Source: Actinomycetota bacterium
GTDB lineage: Bacteria > Actinomycetota > CADDZG01 > WHSQ01
Length of the DNA stretch: 64,000 bases
Assembly (NCBI GenBank): GCA_050694055.1
Contig: JBOGWX010000053.1
Location: 6,251 to 70,250 of the forward strand
Direction: 5' to 3'
Of this stretch, positions 57,031-64,000 are shown piece by piece. The translations under genes and the position numbers were made by a program. The notes under the pieces are model-generated. The model saw nothing but the letters and a program-made list of their open reading frames with translations. It made no database searches and was not told the origin of the DNA. Every line of letters begins with the position of its first letter. Position 1 is the first letter of the stretch.

Positions 57031-57129
57031 CAACGGCTCATCGCTACCGGCTGCGGGTGGGCCCCCAGGCGCGGCCCGAAGCACCGGCTGCGCAACTTCG
57101 CAAGGACCTGATCCGTCCGCTCAGGAGCC
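57031..57129. repeat. Right 99-bp direct repeat (attR-like): orphan copy of the alkA-like 3' end
   Basis: 96/99 identical to 45112-45210; the differences are at repeat positions 6, 44 and 59. It contains the stop codon (57121-57123) of the converging cNMP-binding gene. Confidence 0.9.
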
Positions 57130-58143
57130 TTCCGGCGGGTCGCCGCCCCCTTCTTCCTCGCGCCGGTGGTCGCCGCTGAGCTGCTCCAGATGTTCGGGCT
57201 CCACCACCTCGGGCGGCACGACGACGCCCCGCAGTGGCGTGACGGCCGTCACCGTCGCGGTGCGGCGGCCCCCTTCCAGCACGGCGCGCTCGCCCATCAC
57301 CGCCCCCGGTCCGATCTCGGCGACGAGCTTGCCGTCCACCTCCACCGACGCGACGCCATCGAGGACCAAAAAGAGGTCACTCCCCTCCTCACCCTGACGG
57401 AACAGGACCTCGCCCGCGCGCAGTCGACGTCGCTTGGTTGGATGCTCCGAGCCCATGATGGAGCGCGACAAGTGACGCTCGAGCTCGGACTCGACCTCGG
57501 TCGTCAGGGCGTCCCGATCGACCGCCTCCCACGGCGTCACCCCGCCGAAGGCGTGGTGGTACCACTGGTCGAAGTCGATGAGCCCGCTCTTGGCCACGAG
57601 ATCGCCAGACGCGTCGTAGACCCAGTGGCGGGGGAAGGGGCTCGAACCGACCAGTCGCCCCTCGGCCGTCCCATCGGCGAGAAGCTCGAGCTCGAGCGTG
57701 GTCCACACCACCGGAGCTCGCAGTTGCACGAACGGCCTGTGTTTGACGCGGCGCGGGGCGGGAAGCGCCGGGCGGCCCCCTGCCGTCTGTCGCCAGGTGA
57801 CCGACTCGGCCGTGACGATGGGATCGGGGCGCAGGTCAGGAAGCGAGATTCCCGGGAGGCTGATGGTGCGGGTGCCCCTGCCCACCACGGAGCTCCCCAT
57901 GATTCCGCCGCCTTCGCAGCCGTAGCCGACGATTCCTCGTTCGTCCACGTCGATCCACGCCTCGAGCACGTTCGCGAAGCGCAGTTTCTGGTTTTCGACC
58001 AGGCGCGCAACGTCGTCTATATGTCCGGGCGGGGGTTCGTCGATGTGAGTGATCCCCACCTGAAAGGGAAGGTTCGGCAGACCCCTGATGGCCTCGGACG
58101 GAATCCAAGAGATCACGCTCACTGAAGAAGAGTGACGAGTCAC
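57121..58143 (-). CDS. Protein with an unknown about 230-aa N-terminal domain and a C-terminal cyclic-nucleotide-binding domain
   Basis: 340 aa. cNMP-binding beta-barrel LRAGEVLFRQGEEGSDLFLVLDGVASVEVDG...IGPGAVMGERAVLEGGRRTATVTAV. GTG 58141-58143 overlaps the TGA of the cyclase gene. Confidence 0.75.
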   Translation of the reverse strand: MTRHSSSVSVISWIPSEAIRGLPNLPFQVGITHIDEPPPGHIDDVARLVENQKLRFANVLEAWIDVDERGIVGYGCEGGGIMGSSVVGRGTRTISLPGISLPDLRPDPIVTAESVTWRQTAGGRPALPAPRRVKHRPFVQLRAPVVWTTLELELLADGTAEGRLVGSSPFPRHWVYDASGDLVAKSGLIDFDQWYHHAFGGVTPWEAVDRDALTTEVESELERHLSRSIMGSEHPTKRRRLRAGEVLFRQGEEGSDLFLVLDGVASVEVDGKLVAEIGPGAVMGERAVLEGGRRTATVTAVTPLRGVVVPPEVVEPEHLEQLSGDHRREEEGGGDPPEGS

Positions 58144-60872
58144 GACCCCACCTCTCTGCGGTCGTCGTGCAGGGCGTAGTCGATGATTTCCTCCATTCGC
58201 ATGCCGCTGCCGCGCGCCCAGGCCCCACTGAACAGAGCATCACCCAAAGCGCCGTGTACGGCCTTGACTCGCTGCTCGTAGGTCTCTTGCTCGACCGGGG
58301 GACGTGGGGCTCCGATCGCCCACCGCAGTGCCTCGGCCCCCCCATAAACCACCGCCGCCTGATATTGGAGACCGAGCTCGTGCAGGACGCCCGCCAGGTC
58401 CTCGAGGCAGTCGGCCACATCCCACTTGTCGCCGAGCTGGCGCCACAACACCAGGCTTTCGCGCGACAACCGGGCCGCGCGCTCGAAGTCGCCCAGCTCG
58501 CGCGTGCTCACCGCGATGTTCATGAGAGACCGGGCAATACCCTGCTTGTCTCTCAGGCGGCGGAAGATGACGAGGCTCTCGTCGAGCAACTTCATCGCCT
58601 CTCTCTGATCCCCCTTGATCTGTGCGATGAAGCCGAGGTTGTTGACAGTCTGCGCGATGCCCTGCTGGTCCTCCAGCCTGCGCCACTCGGCGAGGCTCTC
58701 GCGGTAGAGCTTCTCGGCCCCCTCGATGTTGCCCTGGTCCACCTCGAGGTTGCCGAGATCCTTGATTGAGAAGGCCACGCCGGCCTCGTCCCCCAGTTGG
58801 CGCTGAGCCTCGACGCACTCCTCGAGCAGGCGGCGCGCCTCGTCGTAGTCGACTCGGGCGCGCGCCAGCATGGCCCCGCCCGCAAGCACGCGGGTCCGCT
58901 GGAGGCTGACGATCCCGTGCGTCCGCTCGAGCGCGATCTTCGTCCACAGGCGTCCCTCGCTGACGTAACCGCGTATCGACCAGAAATAAGACATGGCGGC
59001 CGTCAGCCGCAACAGCACACCCCAGTCGTCTACCTGCTTGGAATACTCGAGGGCGTCCTGCAGATTATCGTGATCGAATTCGAGCGCCTCGAGCCAGCGG
59101 ACCTGATCGGGACCTCTCAGCTCGCCCGACGCGCGTTCGGCCAGCCCGAGGTAGAAGTTGGCGTGAGCCCGGCGGGTCTCATCCGATTCGTTCGATGCGT
59201 CGAGCACATCCAGGGCGTACTCCCGAATCGTCTGGAGCATCCCGAAGCGGGGCTCGGTCTCGAGCGACGGGATCTGACGCAGGAGGCTCTTGCCCGCCAG
59301 CGAGTCGAGTCCGTCGAACAGGTCGGTACGAAGCTCCCCCGCGGCCGTCGCCACCGTCGCCGCTGCGTCGAGGCTGAATCCCCCGCGGCAGACCGAGAGC
59401 CTGCGAAACAGCGTCTGCTCCTCGGGTTCGAGCAAGGTGTAGTCCCAGTCGATCGCGTTACGAAGGGTCTGCTGGCGGGCGGGCAGGTCGCGCGGTCCAC
59501 CGGTCAACAGGCCCAAGCGGCTGCTGAGCCTGTCGAGCAGCACCGCCGGAGGGAGCAGCTTGACCCTGACCGCGGCGAGCTCGATGGCCAGCGGAAGACC
59601 GTCGAGCCGGTGACAGATCTCGGCGATGTAGCGCGCGTTCGCATTGGTGAGGGCGAAGTCGGCCTTGATCGCCTGGGCGCGCTCCACGAACAGCCTCACC
59701 GCCGAATGCTTGGACAACTCGACCAGATCGGGAAGGTAGTCGAGCTCGGGCAGATCGAGCGGAGGGACCTGGAATTCGTGCTCGCTCGAGATGCGCAGCG
59801 ACGCCCGGGTCGTCGCCAGGATCTTGATTTCGGGACACTCGGCCAGCAGCTCGGAGATGACCGAGGCTGCGCCGATGACGCCCTCGAAGTTGTCCAGCAT
59901 CAGCAGCATGTGCTTGTCGCGCAGGAAGTTCCTGAGCCCCTCGAAGGGTGACCCGCCTGCGCTCTCCTGCAGTCCGACGCTCTGAGCGATGCGAGAGACG
60001 ACGAGCGAGGGATCGCCGAGCGAAGCGAGCGTGACGAGATGCACGCCGTCTTCGAACTCGGCCAGCAGCTGCCGGCCGACCTCGACGGCTAGGCGCGTCT
60101 TCCCGCATCCGCCCGGGCCGACGAGCGTTACCAGGCGAATGGAACGGAGCAGCTGCTTGATCTCGTGGATCTCGCTCTCGCGCCCCACGAAGGTCGTGAG
60201 CTGCACCGGAAGGTTGTCGGCGCGCGCCTCGTCGGAGCGCAGCGGTGGGAAGTTGTCCGGCAAGTCGGGATGGACGAGCTGCCAGACGGTCTCGGGCCGG
60301 GTGAAGTCCTTGAGCCGGTGGGTCCCGAGATCCTTGCCCGCAGTGCCGGCGGGAAGATCGTCGCGCACGAGCTCCATCGTGGCCGACGAGAGGAGCGTCT
60401 GGCCCCCGTGGGCCAGGCCGCGCAGGCGCGCGCAGCGGCTCACCGTCTGACCGAAGTAGTTCCCGACCGACAGGCGCGGCTCGCCGGTATGAAGAGCAAT
60501 CCGTACGCGCAACGAAACACCCTCGGGCCACGGCTCGTTGTCCAGCGCCAGCTGCATGACCAGTGCGGCTGCCACTGCGTCGGAAGCGCGCGGAAAGGCG
60601 GCGAAGATGCTGTCCCCCTCACCCTGGTCGCGCGGCATCTTGCCGCCGTGACGCTCGACCGCGTTGCCGATGATGGCGTGATGCCGGGACACGGCTTGGA
60701 ACATCGCGCGCGGGCGCTCGGTCCAGAGCTTGGTCGAGCCCTCGATATCGGTCAGCAGCAAAGTGACGGTGCCGGTGGGGAGCTCCTCGGCACCGCTTCG
60801 TCGATCGACTTTCTCGGAGCCCACGCCGTCGCCGATATCGACGTCGCCTCCGCGGCCCTGCAGATCGGTCAC
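58140..60872 (-). CDS. Class III adenylate/guanylate cyclase fused to a STAND (NB-ARC/AAA-like) NTPase and TPR repeats
   Basis: 910 aa. Cyclase motifs TLLLTDIEGSTKLW, GEGDSIFAAF, RIALHTGE, YFGQTVSRCARL. Walker A GPGGCGKTR and Walker B LLMLDNFE. C-terminal TPR-like repeats. GTG start with GAGGGGGA upstream. No LuxR HTH. Confidence 0.85.
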   Translation of the reverse strand: MTDLQGRGGDVDIGDGVGSEKVDRRSGAEELPTGTVTLLLTDIEGSTKLWTERPRAMFQAVSRHHAIIGNAVERHGGKMPRDQGEGDSIFAAFPRASDAVAAALVMQLALDNEPWPEGVSLRVRIALHTGEPRLSVGNYFGQTVSRCARLRGLAHGGQTLLSSATMELVRDDLPAGTAGKDLGTHRLKDFTRPETVWQLVHPDLPDNFPPLRSDEARADNLPVQLTTFVGRESEIHEIKQLLRSIRLVTLVGPGGCGKTRLAVEVGRQLLAEFEDGVHLVTLASLGDPSLVVSRIAQSVGLQESAGGSPFEGLRNFLRDKHMLLMLDNFEGVIGAASVISELLAECPEIKILATTRASLRISSEHEFQVPPLDLPELDYLPDLVELSKHSAVRLFVERAQAIKADFALTNANARYIAEICHRLDGLPLAIELAAVRVKLLPPAVLLDRLSSRLGLLTGGPRDLPARQQTLRNAIDWDYTLLEPEEQTLFRRLSVCRGGFSLDAAATVATAAGELRTDLFDGLDSLAGKSLLRQIPSLETEPRFGMLQTIREYALDVLDASNESDETRRAHANFYLGLAERASGELRGPDQVRWLEALEFDHDNLQDALEYSKQVDDWGVLLRLTAAMSYFWSIRGYVSEGRLWTKIALERTHGIVSLQRTRVLAGGAMLARARVDYDEARRLLEECVEAQRQLGDEAGVAFSIKDLGNLEVDQGNIEGAEKLYRESLAEWRRLEDQQGIAQTVNNLGFIAQIKGDQREAMKLLDESLVIFRRLRDKQGIARSLMNIAVSTRELGDFERAARLSRESLVLWRQLGDKWDVADCLEDLAGVLHELGLQYQAAVVYGGAEALRWAIGAPRPPVEQETYEQRVKAVHGALGDALFSGAWARGSGMRMEEIIDYALHDDRREVGS

Positions 60873-61008
60873 CCATTCCCCCTCGGCATCCAGGTGCCAC
60901 CGCGGCTGCCATTGTGACTGTTGTTCGTCGCAAAGACGAGTGGGGCAAACCCGGCGTCTGCCCTGCGCACGGCAGCGCGGGTGGGCTCGGTCCCAGGCTG
61001 GATGTGAG

Positions 61009-61092
61009 TGCGGTGGGAGGGACTTGAACCCTCACGTCCTTGCGGACACATGGCCCTCAACCATGCCTGTCTACCAATTTCAGCACCACCGC
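61009..61092 (-). tRNA. tRNA-Leu (anticodon GAG), long variable arm, CCA not encoded
   Basis: The reverse complement is GCGGTGG-TG-CTG-AAATTGGTAGA-CAG-G-CATGG-TTGAGGG-CCATG-TGTCCGCAAGGACGT-GAGGG-TTCAAGT-CCCTC-CCACCGC-A. It folds by hand into a class II cloverleaf with anticodon loop UUGAGGG. Confidence 0.9.
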
Positions 61093-61187
61093 AGGTGGCG
61101 TAGGAAAGCCCTGCCCGCACCCGAAGTTCGACCGGCCGTCTCGACAGAGCTCGATCGATTATAAGCCCAAGGTCTAAGTCCAGGATC

Positions 61188-62852
61188 CTAGGACTCGAGC
61201 GAGATCGGTGCGGCGTCGAAGCCGCCGAGCACGTCGAAGTTGACTCCCTCGACCCGGGGAGCGGCCGCCCAGAACATGCGAAACGAGCCCAGCGGGGCGA
61301 GCGGAACCCGCTCGAGGATCTGGGTCTCGATCCTTTGGTAGAGCCGGAGCCGCGCGGCCTCGTCGCTCTCTTTCTGAGCCTTGGCCAGCAGCGAATCGAT
61401 GCGCTTGGACTCGAGGCCCGTGTGATTGTCGGGTGAGTCGGAGTCGAACAGAGCCGACAGGAAGACATCGGGGTCCGGGTACTCGGCGATCCAACCCAGG
61501 CGATACATCGAGTGCTCACCGTCGCCGAGGCGCTCGAGGTACTTGTTGAATGCGTACGACTTCAGCCTCACCCGGAGCCCGGCGTCTTCGAGGTAGCGCT
61601 TGACGGTGCGGGCGACCTTGGGCTGCGGCTGCTCGCGTGTGTACTCGAGCGTTACGGCGCGCTTCTTCTTGGGCAGCTTGCTCACGAGGCGCCTGGCCTC
61701 GGCCGCGTCGAAGCGACAGAGCTTCCCACAGGCATCGCGCTCGAACCCCGGCATCCCGATCGGGACGATGCCGCGCGGGGGCACCAGGGTTCCGGCGAAC
61801 ACGTCCTCACCCAGCGCTTGGCGATCGATGGCGAGGTTGACTGCCCTGCGCACCCGCGCGTCGCCGAGTTCCGGCGATTCGAGGTTGAACCCGTAGTAAG
61901 AGCCCACCAGCAGAGACACGAAACCGTCTTCTCCGTAGTTCTCGCTCGCCTGCTCGAGGCGCGTGGTGGGGACCTCGGTGATGTCCAGCTGGTTGCTCGT
62001 GAACGGCACCCACGAGGACGCCGCATCGGGGAAGGGAACAAAGCGGATGCCCTCGAGGGCGGTCTCCTCGAAGTGATCCTCTACGGCCTTCAGTTCCACC
62101 GGCGCGCTCAGCTCGAACGGCCGGGCCAGCTCGAAGGGGCCGTTGCCGATCGGCTCCGAGAGGAAGTCCTTCGAGGCGGCGAAGGCCTTCTCGGGAAGCG
62201 GCACGAGGCTGGGATGGGTCAGGACGGTTGGGAAATTGGCGTAGGGGCGCGAGAGCTCGATGACCAGCGTCTTGTCGTCGGGAGTCTTGACGCCCGACAG
62301 CGACTTGGCATCACCGAAGGCATTGACCTTGTCGAAACCCTTGACCAGCTCGAGCAGGTAGGCGACGTCCGCGCCGTTACGCTTGAGGGCGATGCGGTCG
62401 AAAGCAAAGGCGAAGTCCTGGGCCTTGACCGGATCGCCGTTGTGAAAGGTGGCGTCGTCTCGCAATCTGAAGGTGAAGGTCCTGGCGTTCTTGGAGACCT
62501 TGATGTCCTCGGCCACCGCCGGCTGGGCGCTCTCGCTCTCGGCGTTCCAGCGGGTCAGCCCCTCGTAGAGCTGGCGCGTGATGAGCACTGAAGCCGGATC
62601 CTGGACGCGCATGGGGTCGAGTGAGTTGGGCTCACTTATCGCCACGTTCAAGACGTTGCTCTCGTCCTCGAACGCGGCCGTGGTGGCGTCGGGCGCCGGC
62701 GATGCGCCGGGTTCGACGGCCTCGTCCGGCCCCGCCGTCGCCCGGGCCTCGGGTCCCGCGGCGGGCTCGTCGTCGCCGGTGCAGCCGCCGGCAACCAGAA
62801 GGAGGCAGGCGCTCACAACGGCGGCGCGAGCCGCCCGGGGGGACCAGGACAT
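61188..62852 (-). CDS. ABC transporter substrate-binding lipoprotein (family 5, peptide/nickel type)
   Basis: 554 aa. Lipobox LLLVAGGC. Family-5 SBP length and motifs (LTRWNAES..., WIAEYPDPD). No permease or ATPase genes adjacent in the window. Confidence 0.85.
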   Translation of the reverse strand: MSWSPRAARAAVVSACLLLVAGGCTGDDEPAAGPEARATAGPDEAVEPGASPAPDATTAAFEDESNVLNVAISEPNSLDPMRVQDPASVLITRQLYEGLTRWNAESESAQPAVAEDIKVSKNARTFTFRLRDDATFHNGDPVKAQDFAFAFDRIALKRNGADVAYLLELVKGFDKVNAFGDAKSLSGVKTPDDKTLVIELSRPYANFPTVLTHPSLVPLPEKAFAASKDFLSEPIGNGPFELARPFELSAPVELKAVEDHFEETALEGIRFVPFPDAASSWVPFTSNQLDITEVPTTRLEQASENYGEDGFVSLLVGSYYGFNLESPELGDARVRRAVNLAIDRQALGEDVFAGTLVPPRGIVPIGMPGFERDACGKLCRFDAAEARRLVSKLPKKKRAVTLEYTREQPQPKVARTVKRYLEDAGLRVRLKSYAFNKYLERLGDGEHSMYRLGWIAEYPDPDVFLSALFDSDSPDNHTGLESKRIDSLLAKAQKESDEAARLRLYQRIETQILERVPLAPLGSFRMFWAAAPRVEGVNFDVLGGFDAAPISLES

Positions 62853-62879
62853 GGGAAGCAGGATTCCCAGTTTTCTCCT

Positions 62880-63113
62880 CTACGAACCCGAGAGTCTCGA
62901 GGCGAGCAGGATCGTCGAACCGCTGAAGATGACCGCGACGATGACCGTTATGCGGTCGAGGTTCTTCTCCATGACGGTCGAGCCCATGGCGCTGCTCTGC
63001 ATTCCGCCCCCGAACATCTCGGAGACGCCGCCGCCTCGCCCCGCGTGCAACAGGACGAGCAGGATCAGAGTGAGCGACACGATGACGTGGATTACGGTGA
63101 GAGCGATGGTCAC
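62880..63113 (-). CDS. secG: Preprotein translocase subunit SecG
   Basis: 77 aa with two TM helices. LILLVLLHAGRGGGVSEMFGGG is the SecG glycine-rich loop. Confidence 0.85.
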   Translation of the reverse strand: MTIALTVIHVIVSLTLILLVLLHAGRGGGVSEMFGGGMQSSAMGSTVMEKNLDRITVIVAVIFSGSTILLASRLSGS

Positions 63114-63197
63114 TTAGGGCACCTCGGTGGTGATCGAATATGAGTGAAACGCGCTGCAGCTACCAGCCCAAGGTTACCCGGGATCGGGTTCCGTGAC

Positions 63198-64000
63198 TCA
63201 CCGCCCGCCGCTGTCGAGGAGATGCTGGTCGATCCGGTAGACGCCGAAGACCTCGTAGCCCCAGAGCGGAACCGGGCGCGCTCGAAGCCGAAACTCGGCA
63301 GCCGGAATGCCGTGGCGGTTCACCAAGCGGAACAATCTCTTCGATAGCGCCCCCTGGTTGGTATCGGCGACCAGGAGGGTGCCGGGAGGTTCGTTGGCGA
63401 GGAGGAAACCGAGCGAGCTGCGCTTCTTCGCCTTGGCCAGCTTCTTGCGCTGGCTCTTGCTCAGCCGCTTCTCGGATGCCGCCTCCAAAGAGGAGGGCGG
63501 CTCCCATGCGGTCGCGTTGGGAGGCGTCGTGCTCCCCCATACGAACGCGAAGGTGGAGTCGTGGTCGGCAAGCTTCGCCCCCGCCTCCAACCCGAGTGCC
63601 GCGACCAACAGGGCGGCGGCCAGGTACGTGCCACGGCGCAGCCTGAGGTCGACCACATGGCCCCGGTCGGCCATGGCGAGGAGGCTGGTAACGCGCCGGG
63701 TGATGCTCGCCCTGGGGCGAAGCAACGCCAGTGCGCCCCTCTGCACATAACCGCGCTGTCCCCGCATGAGCTTGAAGACCGTCACGAGACCGGATGCGAG
63801 CGACAGAGGGCTACGGGTGACGCTCGCCGCCCGCCGGTCCGCCTCGAGCTCCCGATCGATCAGCAGACGCCGGAAGGCGATATGTGCGAAGGGATTCCAT
63901 GCGACGAAATCGCGCAAGAACCCTGCGGCAAAGACCACCGGGACGTCGCGCGCTTCGAGGTGGGCGATCTCGTGTGCCACCACCGCCGCGAGCTCGTCGT
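63198..64000 (-). CDS. M48/M56-type zinc metallopeptidase (HExxH), N-terminus beyond the window end
   Basis: The track ORF starts at MVAHEIAHLEARD, but the frame stays open to position 64000 (...DELAAVVAHEIAHLE), so the gene is truncated by the window edge. Confidence 0.75.
   Translation of the reverse strand, partial: DELAAVVAHEIAHLEARDVPVVFAAGFLRDFVAWNPFAHIAFRRLLIDRELEADRRAASVTRSPLSLASGLVTVFKLMRGQRGYVQRGALALLRPRASITRRVTSLLAMADRGHVVDLRLRRGTYLAAALLVAALGLEAGAKLADHDSTFAFVWGSTTPPNATAWEPPSSLEAASEKRLSKSQRKKLAKAKKRSSLGFLLANEPPGTLLVADTNQGALSKRLFRLVNRHGIPAAEFRLRARPVPLWGYEVFGVYRIDQHLLDSGGR

Noticed and set aside
61009-61092. Possibility that the nearby tRNA is tRNA-Sec, supporting the selenoprotein call
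   Set aside because: The anticodon loop is UUGAGGG (GAG), the acceptor stem is 7 bp, and the layout matches class II tRNA-Leu. It is not tRNA-Sec (UCA anticodon, 8-bp acceptor stem).

Overview
High-GC, very compact actinobacterial-type chromosome segment. Adjacent genes are often joined by 4-nt GTGA/ATGA stop-start overlaps, and most long antisense ORFs in the track are GC artefacts.

Conserved backbone:
- A kamA / kdd-like / amidohydrolase operon with a divergent Lrp regulator.
- Acyl-CoA and lipid genes: acyl-CoA dehydrogenase, glpD, DAG-kinase-like kinase, FAD-linked oxidase, thiolase.
- A LigC-type DNA ligase, a SigB/F-type sigma factor, a GAF-ANTAR protein and a 5'-3' exonuclease.
- helY-tatC-tatA.
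- A complete Pup-proteasome locus (mpa, dop, pup, prcB, prcA, pafA, pafB, pafC), with a DUF3866-like gene coupled between pafA and pafB.
- A trmI / ttuA-like / ThiS-like tRNA T-loop module, then an HtrA / DsbA-like envelope operon.
- HIT, TrmH, choice-of-anchor-B, DUF3151 and Lon-N-domain genes.
- tRNA-Leu(GAG), a family-5 substrate-binding protein, secG and an M48-type peptidase.

Most interesting points:
1. A B12/radical-SAM ORF whose stop is an in-frame TGA inside an exact C-U-A-E-P motif. It is probably a selenoprotein mis-truncated by ORF calling. It is coupled to a DUF169-like gene.
2. An 11.8-kb, partly lower-GC island (45211-57030) flanked by 99-bp direct repeats that duplicate the 3' end of an alkA-like gene. 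I found no integrase in it.
3. That island carries a secreted DNRLRE / Ig-like / RHS polymorphic toxin of about 2,970 residues, split into three ORFs by two 1-nt frame breaks.
4. The toxin tip is DUF4258-like with a DUF2283 immunity gene, followed by a chain of further putative toxin/immunity cassettes.
5. A translationally coupled pair lies next to the island: a cyclase-STAND-TPR protein and a cNMP-binding protein with an unknown N-terminal domain.

No CRISPR array, rRNA or transposase was seen.
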